64,000 nucleotides of DNA, taken from assembly GCA_964035545.1 (NCBI GenBank), contig CAXIUT010000183.1, forward strand, positions 1,116,001 through 1,180,000. The letters run 5' to 3'. The notes under the pieces were generated by a model, which was given only the letters and a program-made list of their open reading frames with translations, did not search any database and had not been told where the DNA came from. A program made the position numbers and the translations under genes. Numbering within the stretch: position 1 is the stretch's first letter; each line of letters begins with the position of its first letter. Positions 14,700-32,600 of the stretch are shown here, in pieces. Source of the stretch: Bugula neritina (taxonomy: Eukaryota > Animalia > Bryozoa).

Positions 14700-17600
14700 G
14701 CAACATACCGAAATACACTGCTACATACTGAAATACTTTGTAACATATTGAAATACACTGCAACACATTGAAATATACTGCAACATAACGAAATATATGG
14801 TAAACTAATGAACTATATTTTAACACATTGAAAAATACTGCAACATACTGAAATACACTGCAACACAGTGAAATATACTGCAACATACCGAAATATATGG
14901 TAAACTACTGAAATATACTGTAACACATTGAAAAATACTGCAACATACTGAAATACACTGTAACATACTGAAATAAACTGCAACATACTACAACATATTG
15001 AAATACACTGCAACAAATTGAAATATACTGCAACATACCTAAATATACGGTAATATACTGAAATTCACTGTAACGCATTGCAAAATACTGCAACATACTG
15101 AAATTCACTGCGACACACTGAAATACGCTGCAAAATACTACAACATACTGAAATAAACTGTAACATATTGAAATACACTGCAACACATTGAAATATACTG
15201 CAACATAACAAAATATATGGTAAACTACTGAAATAGACTTTAACACATTGAAAAATACTGCAACATACTGAAATACACTGTAACATACTGAAATATACTG
15301 CAACATACTGAAATACACTGTAACATACTGAAATATACTGCAACATACTGAAATACACTGCTACATACTGAAATATACTGCAACATACTGCAACATACTG
15401 CAATACACTGTAAAATACTGAAATACACTGCAACATACTACACCATATTGAAATACACTGCAACACATTGAAATACACTGCAACTTATCGAATATATGAA
15501 AAACTACTGAAATATACTGTAACGCATTGAAAAAGACTGCAACATACTGAAATATATTGCGACACATTGCAATATACTGTAATATACTGAAAAATGCTGT
15601 ATCACACTGAAATATACTGCAATTCGCTGAAATATACTGCAACATACTGAAATACACCGCAACATCCTACAACATACTAAAATACACTGTAACATTTCGA
15701 AATACACTGCAACACATTGAATTATACTGCAACATAACGAAATATATGGTAAACTACTGAAATATATTTTAACAAATTGAAAAATACTGCAACATACTGA
15801 ATATACTGTAACACACTGAAGTATACTGCAACATACTGAAATACACTGTAACATACTGAAATATACTGCAACATACTGAAATACACTGCTACATACTGAA
15901 ATATACTGCAACATACTGCAACATACTGAAATACACCGCAACATCCTACAACATACTGAAATACTTTGTAACATATTGAAATACACTGCAACACATTGAA
16001 ATATACTGCAACATAACGAAATATATGGTAAACTAATGAACTATATTTTAACACATTGAAAAATACTGCAACATACTGAAATACACTGCAACACATTGAA
16101 ATATACTGCAACATACCGAAATATATGGTAAACTACTGAAATATACTGTAACACATTGAAAAATACTGCAACATACTGAAATACACTGTAACATACTGAA
16201 ATAAACTGCAACATACTACAACATATTGAAATACACTGCAACAAATTGAAATATACTGCAACATACCTAAATATACGGTAATATACTGAAATTCACTGTA
16301 ACGCATTGCAAAATACTGCAACATACTGAAATTCACTGCGACACACTGAAATACGCTGCAAAATACTACAACATACTGAAATAAACTGTAACATATTGAA
16401 ATACACTGCAACACATTGAAATATACTGCAACATAACAAAATATATGGTAAACTACTGAAATAGACTTTAACACATTGAAAAATACTGCAACATACTGAA
16501 ATACACTGTAACATACTGAAATATACTGCAACATACTGAAATACACTGCTACATACTGAAATATACTGCAACGTACTGCAACATACTCCAGCATACTGAA
16601 ATACACTGTAACATACTGAAATACACTGCAACATACTACCACATATTGAAATACACTGCAACACATTGAAATGTACTGCAACATACCGAAATATATGGTA
16701 AACTACTAAAATATACTGTAACACATTGAAAAATACTGCAACATACTGAAATATACTGCGACACCTAGCAATATACTGTAACATACTGAAATATGCTCTA
16801 GCACACTGAAATACAATGCAACTTACTGAAATATACTGCAACATACTGAAATACACTGCAACATCCTACAATATGCTGAAATACACAGTAACATATTGAA
16901 ATACACTGCAACACTTTGAAATATACTGCAACATACCGAAATATATGGTAAACTACTGCAACATACTACAACATACTGAAATACACTGCAACACATTGAA
17001 ATATACTGCGACATACCTAAATATACGGTAATATACTGAAATATACTGTAAAACATTGAAAAACACTGCAACATACTGAAATATACTGTAACACATCGAA
17101 ATATACTGCAACATACTGAAATACACTGTAACATACTGAAATACACTGCTACATACTGAAATATACTGCAACATACTGTAACATACTGAAATACACAGTA
17201 ACATACTGAAATAAACTGCAACATACTACAACATATTGAAATACACTGCAACACATTGAAATATACTGCAACATACCTAAATATACGGTAATATACTGAA
17301 ATTCACTGTAACGCATTGCAAAATACTGCAACATTCTGAAATTCACTGCGACACACTGAAATACGCTGCAAAATACTACAACATACTGAAATAAACTGTA
17401 ACATGTTGAAATACACTGCAACACATTGAAAAATACTGCAACATACTGAAATATACTGTAACACACTGAAATATACTGCAACATACTGAAATACACTGTA
17501 ACATACTGAAATATACTGCAACATACTGAAATACACTGCTACATACTGAAATATACTGCAACATACTGCAACATACTGCAATACACTGTAAAATACTGAA

Positions 17601-20600
17601 ATACACTGCAACATACTACAACATATTGAAATACACTGCAACACATTGAAATACACTGCAACTTATCGAATATATGGAAAACTACTGAAATATACTGTAA
17701 CGCATTGAAAAAGACTGCAACATACTGAAATATATTGCGACACATTGCAATATACTGTAATATACTGAAAAATGCTGTATCACACTGAAATATACTGCAA
17801 TTCGCTGAAATATACTGCAACATACTGAAATACACCGCAACATCCTACAACATACTAAAATACACTGTAACATTTCGAAATACACTGCAACACATTGAAT
17901 TATACTGCAACATAACGAAATATATGGTAAACTACTGAAATATATTTTAACAAATTGAAAAATACTGCAACATACTGAATATACTGTAACACACTGAAGT
18001 ATACTGCAACATACTGAAATACACTGTAACATACTGAAATATACTGCAACATACTGAAATACACTGCTACATACTGAAATATACTGCAACGTACTGCAAC
18101 ATACTGCAGCATACTGAAATACACTGTAACATACTGAAATACACTGCAACATACTACCACATATTGAAATACACTGCAACACATTGAAATGTACTGCAAC
18201 ATACCGAAATATATGGTAAACTACTAAAATATACTGTAACACATTGAAAAATACTGCAACATACTGAAATATACTGCGACACCTAGCAATATACTGTAAC
18301 ATACTGAAATATGCTCTAGCACACTGAAATACAATGCAACTTACTGAAATATACTGCAACATACTGAAATACACTGCAACATCCTACAATATGCTGAAAT
18401 ACACAGTAACATATTGAAATACACTGCAACACTTTGAAATATACTGCAACATACCGAAGTATATGGTAAACTACTGCAACATACTACAACATACTGAAAT
18501 ACACTGCAACACATTGAAATATACTGCGACATACCTAAATATACGGTAATATACTGAAATATACTGTAACACATTGAAAAATACTGCAACATACTGAAAT
18601 ATACTGTAACACACCGAAATATACTGCAACATACTGAAATACACTGTAACATACTGAAATACACTGCTACATACTGAAATATACTGCAACATACTGCAAC
18701 ATACTGAAATACACAGTAACATACTGAAATAAACTGCAACATACTACAACATATTGAAATACACTGCAACACATTGAAATATACTGCAACATACCTAAAT
18801 ATACGGTAATATACTGAAATTCACTGTAACGCATTGCAAAATACTGCAACATACTGAAATTCACTGCGACACACTGAAATACGCTGCAAAATACTACAAC
18901 ATACTGAAATAAACTGTAACATGTTGAAATACACTGCAACACATTGAAAAATACTGCAACATACTAAAATATACTGTAACACACTGAAATATACTGCAAC
19001 ATACTGAAATACACTGTAACATACTGAAATATACTGCAACATACTGAAATACACTGCTACATACTGAAATATACCGCAACATACTGCAACATACTGCAAT
19101 ACACTGTAAAATACTGAAATACACTGCAACATACTACTACAACATATTGAAATACACTGCAACACATTGAAATACACTGCAACTTACCGAATATATGGTA
19201 AACTACTGAAATATACTGTAACGCATTGAAAAATACTGCAACATACTGAAATACTTTGTAACATATTGAAATACACTGCAACACATTGAAATATACTGCA
19301 ACATAACGAAATATATGGTAAACTAATGAACTATATTTTAACACATTGAAAAATACTGCAACATACTGAAATACACTGCAACACAGTGAAATATACTGCA
19401 ACATACCGAAATATATGGTAAACTACTGAAATATACTGTAACACATTGAAAAATACTGCAACATACTGAAATACACTGTAACATACTGAAATAAACTGCA
19501 ACATACTACAACATATTGAAATACACTGCAACAAATTGAAATATACTGCAACATACCTAAATATACGGTAATATACTGAAATTCACTGTAACGCATTGCA
19601 AAATACTGCAACATACTGAAATTCACTGCGACACACTGAAATACGCTGCAAAATACTACAACATACTGAAATAAACTGTAACATATTGAAATACACTGCA
19701 ACACATTGAAATATACTGCAACATAACAAAATATATGGTAAACTACTGAAATAGACTTTAACACATTGAAAAATACTGCAACATACTGAAATACACTGTA
19801 ACATACTGAAATATACTGCAACATACTGAAATACACTGCTACATACTGAAATATACTGCAACGTACTGCAACATACTCCAGCATACTGAAATACACTGTA
19901 ACATACTGAAATACACTGCAACATACTACCACATATTGAAATACACTGCAACACATTGAAATGTACTGCAACATACCGAAATATATGGTAAACTACTAAA
20001 ATATACTGTAACACATTGAAAAATACTGCAACATACTGAAATATACTGCGACACCTAGCAATATACTGTAACATACTGAAATATGCTCTAGCACACTGAA
20101 ATACAATGCAACTTACTGAAATATACTGCAACATACTGAAATACACTGCAACATCCTACAATATGCTGAAATACACAGTAACATATTGAAATACACTGCA
20201 ACACTTTGAAATATACTGCAACATACCGAAATATATGGTAAACTACTGCAACATACTACAACATACTGAAATACACTGCAACACATTGAAATATACTGCG
20301 ACATACCTAAATATACGGTAATATACTGAAATATACTGTAAAACATTGAAAAACACTGCAACATACTGAAATATACTGTAACACACCGAAATATACTGCA
20401 ACATACTGAAATACACTGTAACATACTGAAATACACTGCTACATACTGAAATATACTGCAACATACTGCAACATACTGAAATACACAGTAACATACTGAA
20501 ATAAACTGCAACATACTACAACATATTGAAATACACTGCAACACATTGAAATATACTGCAACATACCTAAATATACGGTAATATACTGAAATTCACTGTA

Positions 20601-23600
20601 ACGCATTGCAAAATACTGCAACATACTGAAATTCACTGCGACACACTGAAATACGCTGCAAAATACTACAACATACTGAAATAAACTGTAACATATTGAA
20701 ATACACTGCAACACATTGAAAAATACTGCAACATACTGAAATTTACTGTAACACACTGAAATATACTGCAACATACTGAAATACACTGTAACATACTGAA
20801 ATATACTGCAACATACTGAAATACACTGCTACATACTGAAATATACTGCAACATACTGCAACATACTGCAATACACTGTAACATACTGAAATACACTGCA
20901 ACATACTACAACATATTGGAATACACTGCAACACATTGAAATACACTGCAACTTACCGAATATATGGTAAACTACTGAAATATACTGTAACGCATTGAAA
21001 AATACTGCAACATACTGAAATACACCGCAACATCCTACAACATACTGAAATACTTTGTAACATATTGAAATACACTGCAACACATTGAAATATACTGCAA
21101 CATAACGAAATATATGGTAAACTAATGAACTATATTTTAACACATTGAAAAATACTGCAACATACTGAAATACACTGCAACACATTGAAATATACTGCAA
21201 CATACCGAAATATATGGTAAACTACTGAAATATACTGTAACACATTGAAAAATACTGCAACATACTGAAATACACTGTAACATACTGAAATAAACTGCAA
21301 CATACTACAACATATTGAAATACACTGCAACAAATTGAAATATACTGCAACATACCTAAATATACGGTAATATACTGAAATTCACTGTAACGCATTGCAA
21401 AATACTGCAACATACTGAAATTCACTGCGACACACTGAAATACGCTGCAAAATACTACAACATACTGAAATAAACTGTAACATATTGAAATACACTGCAA
21501 CACATTGAAATATACTGCAACATAACAAAATATATGGTAAACTACTGAAATAGACTTTAACACATTGAAAAATACTGCAACATACTGAAATACACTGTAA
21601 CATACTGAAATATACTGCAACATACTGAAATACACTGCTACATACTGAAATATACTGCAACGTACTGCAACATACTCCAGCATACTGAAATACACTGTAA
21701 CATACTGAAATACACTGCAACATACTACCACATATTGAAATACACTGCAACACATTGAAATGTACTGCAACATACCGAAATATATGGTAAACTACTAAAA
21801 TATACTGTAACACATTGAAAAATACTGCAACATACTGAAATATACTGCGACACCTAGCAATATACTGTAACATACTGAAATATGCTCTAGCACACTGAAA
21901 TACAATGCAACTTACTGAAATATACTGCAACATACTGAAATACACTGCAACATCCTACAATATGCTGAAATACACAGTAACATATTGAAATACACTGCAA
22001 CACTTTGAAATATACTGCAACATACCGAAATATATGGTAAACTACTGCAACATACTACAACATACTGAAATACACTGCAACACATTGAAATATACTGCGA
22101 CATACCTAAATATACGGTAATATACTGAAATATACTGTAAAACATTGAAAAACACTGCAACATACTGAAATATACTGTAACACATCGAAATATACTGCAA
22201 CATACTGAAATACACTGTAACATACTGAAATACACTGCTACATACTGAAATATACTGCAACATACTGCAACATACTGAAATACACAGTAACATACTGAAA
22301 TAAACTGCAACATACTACAACATATTGAAATACACTGCAACACATTGAAATATACTGCAACATACCTAAATATACGGTAATATACTGAAATTCACTGTAA
22401 CGCATTGCAAAATACTGCAACATTCTGAAATTCACTGCGACACACTGAAATACGCTGCAAAATACTACAACATACTGAAATAAACTGTAACATGTTGAAA
22501 TACACTGCAACACATTGAAAAATACTGCAACATACTGAAATATACTGTAACACACTGAAATATACTGCAACATACTGAAATACACTGTAACATACTGAAA
22601 TATACTGCAACATACTGAAATACACTGCTACATACTGAAATATACTGCAACATACTGCAACATACTGCAATACACTGTAAAATACTGAAATACACTGCAA
22701 CATACTACAACATATTGAAATACACTGCAACACATTGAAATACACTGCAACTTATCGAATATATGGAAAACTACTGAAATATACTGTAACGCATTGAAAA
22801 AGACTGCAACATACTGAAATATATTGCGACACATTGCAATATACTGTAATATACTGAAAAATGCTGTATCACACTGAAATATACTGCAATTCGCTGAAAT
22901 ATACTGCAACATACTGAAATACACCGCAACATCCTACAACATACTAAAATACACTGTAACATTTCGAAATACACTGCAACACATTGAATTATACTGCAAC
23001 ATAACGAAATATATGGTAAACTACTGAAATATATTTTAACAAATTGAAAAATACTGCAACATACTGAATATACTGTAACACACTGAAGTATACTGCAACA
23101 TACTGAAATACACTGTAACATACTGAAATATACTGCAACATACTGAAATACACTGCTACATACTGAAATATACTGCAACGTACTGCAACATACTGCAGCA
23201 TACTGAAATACACTGTAACATACTGAAATACACTGCAACATACTACCACATATTGAAATACACTGCAACACATTGAAATGTACTGCAACATACCGAAATA
23301 TATGGTAAACTACTAAAATATACTGTAACACATTGAAAAATACTGCAACATACTGAAATATACTGCGACACCTAGCAATATACTGTAACATACTGAAATA
23401 TGCTCTAGCACACTGAAATACAATGCAACTTACTGAAATATACTGCAACATACTGAAATACACTGCAACATCCTACAATATGCTGAAATACACAGTAACA
23501 TATTGAAATACACTGCAACACTTTGAAATATACTGCAACATACCGAAGTATATGGTAAACTACTGCAACATACTACAACATACTGAAATACACTGCAACA

Positions 23601-26600
23601 CATTGAAATATACTGCGACATACCTAAATATACGGTAATATACTGAAATATACTGTAACACATTGAAAAATACTGCAACATACTGAAATATACTGTAACA
23701 CACCGAAATATACTGCAACATACTGAAATACACTGTAACATACTGAAATACACTGCTACATACTGAAATATACTGCAACATACTGCAACATACTGAAATA
23801 CACAGTAACATACTGAAATAAACTGCAACATACTACAACATATTGAAATACACTGCAACACATTGAAATATACTGCAACATACCTAAATATACGGTAATA
23901 TACTGAAATTCACTGTAACGCATTGCAAAATACTGCAACATACTGAAATTCACTGCGACACACTGAAATACGCTGCAAAATACTACAACATACTGAAATA
24001 AACTGTAACATGTTGAAATACACTGCAACACATTGAAAAATACTGCAACATACTGAAATATACTGTAACACACTGAAATATACTGCAACATACTGAAATA
24101 CACTGTAACATACTGAAATATACTGCAACATACTGAAATACACGGCTACATACTGAAATATACCGCAACATACTGCAACATACTGCAATACACTGTAAAA
24201 TACTGAAATACACTGCAACATACTACTACAACATATTGAAATACACTGCAACACATTGAAATACACTGCAACTTACCGAATATATGTCAAACTACTGAAA
24301 TGTACTGTAACGCATTGGAAAGTACTGCAACATACTGAAATACACCGCAACATCCTACAACATACTGAAATACTTTGTAACATATTGAAATACACTGCAA
24401 CACATTGAAATATACTGCAACATAACGAAATATATGGTAAACTAATGAACTATATTTTAACACATTGAAAAATACTGCAACATACTGAAATACACTGCAA
24501 CACATTGAAATATACTGCAACATACCGAAATATATGGTAAACTACTGAAATATACTGTAACACATTGAAAAATACTGCAACATACTGAATATACTGTAAC
24601 ACACTGAAGTATACTGCAACATACTGAAATACACTGTAACATACTGAAATATACTGCAACATACTGAAATACACTGCTACATACTGAAATATACTGCAAC
24701 GTACTGCAACATACTGCAGCATACTGAAATACACTGTAACATACTGAAATACACTGCAACATACTACCACATATTGAAATACACTGCAACACATTGAAAT
24801 GTACTGCAACATACCGAAATATATGGTGAACTACTAAAATATACTGTAACACATTGAAAAATACTGCAACATACTGAAATATACTGCGACACCTAGCAAT
24901 ATACTGTAACATACTGAAATATGCTCTAGCACACTGAAATACAATGCAACTTACTGAAATATACTGCAACATACTGAAATACACTGCAACATCCTACAAT
25001 ATGCTGAAATACACAGTAACATATTGAAATACACTGCAACACTTTGAAATATACTGCAACATACCGAAGTATATGGTAAACTACTGCAACATACTACAAC
25101 ATACTGAAATACACTGCAACACATTGAAATATACTGCGACATACCTAAATATGCGGTAATATACTGAAATATACTGTAACACATTGAAAAATACTGCAAC
25201 ATACTGAAATATACTGTAACACACCGAAATATACTGCAACATACTGAAATACACTGTAACATACTGAAATACACTGCTACATACTGAAATATACTGCAAC
25301 ATACTGCAACATACTGAAATACACAGTAACATACTGAAATAAACTGCAACATACTACAACATATTGAAATACACTGCAACACATTGAAATATACTGCAAC
25401 ATACCTAAATATACGGTAATATACTGAAATTCACTGTAACGCATTGCAAAATACTGCAACATACTGAAATTCACTGCGACACACTGAAATACGCTGCAAA
25501 ATACTACAACATACTGAAATAAACTGTAACATGTTGAAATACACTGCAACACATTGAAAAATACTGCAACATACTGAAATATACTGTAACACACTGAAAT
25601 ATACTGCAACATACTGAAATACACTGTAACATACTGAAATATACTGCAACATACTGAAATACACTGCTACATACTGAAATATACTGCAACATACTGCAAC
25701 ATACTGCAATACACTGTAAAATACTGAAATACACTGCAACATACTACACCATATTGAAATACACTGCAACACATTGAAATACACTGCAACTTATCGAATA
25801 TATGAAAAACTACTGAAATATACTGTAACGCATTGAAAAAGACTGCAACATACTGAAATATATTGCGACACATTGCAATATACTGTAATATACTGAAAAA
25901 TGCTGTATCACACTGAAATATACTGCAATTCGCTGAAATATACTGCAACATACTGAAATACACCGCAACATCCTACAACATACTAAAATACACTGTAACA
26001 TTTCGAAATACACTGCAACACATTGAATTATACTGCAACATAACGAAATATATGGTAAACTACTGAAATATATTTTAACAAATTGAAAAATACTGCAACA
26101 TACTGAATATACTGTAACACACTGAAGTATACTGCAACATACTGAAATACACTGTAACATACTGAAATATACTGCAACATACTGAAATACACTGCTACAT
26201 ACTGAAATATACTGCAACGTACTGCAACATACTGCAGCATACTGAAATACACTGTAACATACTGAAATACACTGCAACATACTACCACATATTGAAATAC
26301 ACTGCAACACATTGAAATGTACTGCAACATACCGAAATATATGGTAAACTACTAAAATATACTGTAACACATTGAAAAATACTGCAACATACTGAAATAT
26401 ACTGCGACACCTAGCAATATACTGTAACATACTGAAATATGCTCTAGCACACTGAAATACAATGCAACTTACTGAAATATACTGCAACATACTGAAATAC
26501 ACTGCAACATCCTACAATATGCTGAAATACACGGTAACATATTGAAATACACTGCAACACTTTGAAATATACTGCAACATACCGAAGTATATGGTAAACT

Positions 26601-29600
26601 ACTGCAACATACTACAACATACTGAAATACACTGCAACACATTGAAATATACTGCGACATACCTAAATATACGGTAATATACTGAAATATACTGTAACAC
26701 ATTGAAAAATACTGCAACATACTGAAATATACTGTAACACACCGAAATATACTGCAACATACTGAAATACACTGTAACATACTGAAATACACTGCTACAT
26801 ACTGAAATATACTTCAACATACTGCAACATACTGAAATACACAGTAACATACTGAAATAAACTGCAACATACTACAACATATTGAAATACACTGCAACAC
26901 ATTGAAATATACTGCAACATACCTAAATATACGGTAATATACTGAAATTCACTGTAACGCATTGCAAAATACTGCAACATACTGAAATTCACTGCGACAC
27001 ACTGAAATACGCTGCAAAATACTACAACATACTGAAATAAACTGTAACATATTGAAATACACTGCAACACATTGAAAAATACTGCAACATACTGAAATTT
27101 ACTGTAACACACTGAAATATACTGCAACATACTGAAATACACTGTAACATACTGAAATATACTGCAACATACTGAAATACACTGCTACATACTGAAATAT
27201 ACTGCAACATACTGCAACATACTGCAATACACTGTAACATACTGAAATACACTGCAACATACTACAACATATTGAAATACACTGCAACACATTGAAATAC
27301 ACTGCAACTTACCGAATATATGGTAAACTACTGAAATATACTGTAACGCATTGAAAAATACTGCAACATACTGAAATACACCGCAACATCCTACAACATA
27401 CTGAAATACTTTGTAACATATTGAAATACACTGCAACACATTGAAATATACTGCAACATAACGAAATATATGGTAAACTAATGAACTATATTTTAACACA
27501 TTGAAAAATACTGCAACATACTGAAATACACTGCAACACATTGAAATATACTGCAACATACCGAAATATATGGTAAACTACTGAAATATACTGTAACACA
27601 TTGAAAAATACTGCAACATACTGAAATACACTGTAACATACTGAAATAAACTGCAACATACTACAACATATTGAAATACACTGCAACAAATTGAAATATA
27701 CTGCAACATACCTAAATATACGGTAATATACTGAAATTCACTGTAACGCATTGCAAAATACTGCAACATACTGAAATTCACTGCGACACACTGAAATACG
27801 CTGCAAAATACTACAACATACTGAAATAAACTGTAACATATTGAAATACACTGCAACACATTGAAATATACTGCAACATAACAAAATATATGGTAAACTA
27901 CTGAAATAGACTTTAACACATTGAAAAATACTGCAACATACTGAAATACACTGTAACATACTGAAATATACTGCAACATACTGAAATACACTGCTACATA
28001 CTGAAATATACTGCAACGTACTGCAACATACTCCAGCATACTGAAATACACTGTAACATACTGAAATACACTGCAACATACTACCACATATTGAAATACA
28101 CTGCAACACATTGAAATGTACTGCAACATACCGAAATATATGGTAAACTACTAAAATATACTGTAACACATTGAAAAATACTGCAACATACTGAAATATA
28201 CTGCGACACCTAGCAATATACTGTAACATACTGAAATATGCTCTAGCACACTGAAATACAATGCAACTTACTGAAATATACTGCAACATACTGAAATACA
28301 CTGCAACACTTTGAAATATACTGCAACATACCGAAATATATGGTAAACTACTGCAACATACTACAACATACTGAAATACACTGCAACACATTGAAATATA
28401 CTGCGACATACCTAAATATACGGTAATATACTGAAATATACTGTAAAACATTGAAAAACACTGCAACATACTGAAATATACTGTAACACATCGAAATATA
28501 CTGCAACATACTGAAATACACTGTAACATAATGAAATACACTGCTACATACTGAAATATACTGCAACATACTGCAACATACTGAAATACACAGTAACATA
28601 CTGAAATAAACTGCAACATACTACAACATATTGAAATACACTGCAACACATTGAAATATACTGCAACATACCTAAATATACGGTAATATACTGAAATTCA
28701 CTGTAACGCATTGCAAAATACTGCAACATTCTGAAATTCACTGCGACACACTGAAATACGCTGCAAAATACTACAACATACTGAAATAAACTGTAACATG
28801 TTGAAATACACTGCAACACATTGAAAAATACTGCAACATACTGAAATATACTGTAACACACTGAAATATACTGCAACATACTGAAATACACTGTAACATA
28901 CTGAAATATACTGCAACATACTGAAATACACTGCTACATACTGAAATATACTGCAACATACTGCAACATACTGCAATACACTGTAAAATACTGAAATACA
29001 CTGCAACATACTACAACATATTGAAATACACTGCAACACATTGAAATACACTGCAACTTATCGAATATATGGAAAACTACTGAAATATACTGTAACGCAT
29101 TGAAAAAGACTGCAACATACTGAAATATATTGCGACACATTGCAATATACTGTAATATACTGAAAAATGCTGTATCACACTGAAATATACTGCAATTCGC
29201 TGAAATATACTGCAACATACTGAAATACACCGCAACATCCTACAACATACTAAAATACACTGTAACATTTCGAAATACACTGCAACACATTGAATTATAC
29301 TGCAACATAACGAAATATATGGTAAACTACTGAAATATATTTTAACAAATTGAAAAATACTGCAACATACTGAATATACTGTAACACACTGAAGTATACT
29401 GCAACATACTGAAATACACTGTAACATACTGAAATATACTGCAACATACTGAAATACACTGCTACATACTGAAATATACTGCAACGTACTGCAACATACT
29501 GCAGCATACTGAAATACACTGTAACATACTGAAATACACTGCAACATACTACCACATATTGAAATACACTGCAACACATTGAAATGTACTGCAACATACC

Positions 29601-32600
29601 GAAATATATGGTAAACTACTAAAATATACTGTAACACATTGAAAAATACTGCAACATACTGAAATATACTGCGACACCTAGCAATATACTGTAACATACT
29701 GAAATATGCTCTAGCACACTGAAATACAATGCAACTTACTGAAATATACTGCAACATACTGAAATACACTGCAACATCCTACAATATGCTGAAATACACA
29801 GTAACATATTGAAATACACTGCAACACTTTGAAATATACTGCAACATACCGAAGTATATGGTAAACTACTGCAACATACTACAACATACTGAAATACACT
29901 GCAACACATTGAAATATACTGCGACATACCTAAATATACGGTAATATACTGAAATATACTGTAACACATTGAAAAATACTGCAACATACTGAAATATACT
30001 GTAACACACCGAAATATACTGCAACATACTGAAATACACTGTAACATACTGAAATACACTGCTACATACTGAAATATACTGCAACATACTGCAACATACT
30101 GAAATACACAGTAACATACTGAAATAAACTGCAACATACTACAACATATTGAAATACACTGCAACACATTGAAATATACTGCAACATACCTAAATATACG
30201 GTAATATACTGAAATTCACTGTAACGCATTGCAAAATACTGCAACATACTGAAATTCACTGCGACACACTGAAATACGCTGCAAAATACTACAACATACT
30301 GAAATAAACTGTAACATGTTGAAATACACTGCAACACATTGAAAAATACTGCAACATACTGAAATATACTGTAACACACTGAAATATACTGCAACATACT
30401 GAAATACACTCTAACATACTGAAATATACTGCAACATACTGAAATACACTGCTACATACTGAAATATACCGCAACATACTGCAACATACTGCAATACACT
30501 GTAAAATACTGAAATACACTGCAACATACTACTACAACATATTGAAATACACTGCAACACATTGAAATACACTGCAACTTACCGAATATATGGTAAACTA
30601 CTGAAATATACTGTAACGCATTGAAAAATACTGCAACATACTGAAATACTTTGTAACATATTGAAATACACTGCAACACATTGAAATATACTGCAACATA
30701 ACGAAATATATGGTAAACTAATGAACTATATTTTAACACATTGAAAAATACTGCAACATACTGAAATACACTGCAACACATTGAAATATACTGCAACATA
30801 CCGAAATATATGGTAAACTACTGAAATATACTGTAACACATTGAAAAATACTGCAACATACTGAAATACACTGTAACATACTGAAATAAACTGCAACATA
30901 CTACAACATATTGAAATACACTGCAACAAATTGAAATATACTGCAACATACCTAAATATACGGTAATATACTGAAATTCACTGTAACGCATTGCAAAATA
31001 CTGCAACATACTGAAATTCACTGCGACACACTGAAATACGCTGCAAAATACTACAACATACTGAAATAAACTGTAACATATTGAAATACACTGCAACACA
31101 TTGAAATATACTGCAACATAACAAAATATATGGTAAACTACTGAAATAGACTTTAACACATTGAAAAATACTGCAACATACTGAAATACACTGTAACATA
31201 CTGAAATATACTGCAACACACTGAAATACACTGCTACATACTGAAATATACTGCAACGTACTGCAACATACTCCAGCATACTGAAATACACTGTAACATA
31301 CTGAAATACACTGCAACATACTACCACATATTGAAATACACTGCAACACATTGAAATGTACTGCAACATACCGAAATATATCGTAAACTACTAAAATATA
31401 CTGTAACACATTGAAAAATACTGCAACATACTGAAATATACTGCGACACCTAGCAATATACTGTAACATACTGAAATATGCTCTAGCACACTGAAATACA
31501 ATGCAACTTACTGAAATATACTGCAACATACTGAAATACACTGCAACATCCTACAATATGCTGAAATACACAGTAACATATTGAAATACACTGCAACACT
31601 TTGAAATATACTGCAACATACCGAAATATATGGTAAACTACTGCAACATACTACAACATACTGAAATACACTGCAACACATTGAAATATACTGCGACATA
31701 CCTAAATATACGGTAATATACTGAAATATACTGTAAAACATTGAAAAACACTGCAACATACTGAAATATACTGTAACACATCGAAATATACTGCAACATA
31801 CTGAAATACACTGTAACATACTGAAATACACTGCTACATACTGAAATATACTGCAACATACTGCAACATACTGAAATACACAGTAACATACTGAAATAAA
31901 CTGCAACATACTACAACATATTGAAATACACTGCAACACATTGAAATATACTGCAACATACCTAAATATACGGTAATATACTGAAATTCACTGTAACGCA
32001 TTGCAAAATACTGCAACATTCTGAAATTCACTGCGACACACTGAAATACGCTGCAAAATACTACAACATACTGAAATAAACTGTAACATGTTGAAATACA
32101 CTGCAACACATTGAAAAATACTGCAACATACTGAAATATACTGTAACACACTGAAATATACTGCAACATACTGAAATACACTGTAACATACTGAAATATA
32201 CTGCAACATACTGAAATACACTGCTACATACTGAAATATACTGCAACATACTGCAACATACTGCAATACACTGTAAAATACTGAAATACACTGCAACATA
32301 CTACAACATATTGAAATACACTGCAACACATTGAAATACACTGCAACTTATCGAATATATGGAAAACTACTGAAATATACTGTAACGCATTGAAAAAGAC
32401 TGCAACATACTGAAATATATTGCGACACATTGCAATATACTGTAATATACTGAAAAATGCTGTATCACACTGAAATATACTGCAATTCGCTGAAATATAC
32501 TGCAACATACTGAAATACACCGCAACATCCTACAACATACTAAAATACACTGTAACATTTCGAAATACACTGCAACACATTGAATTATACTGCAACATAA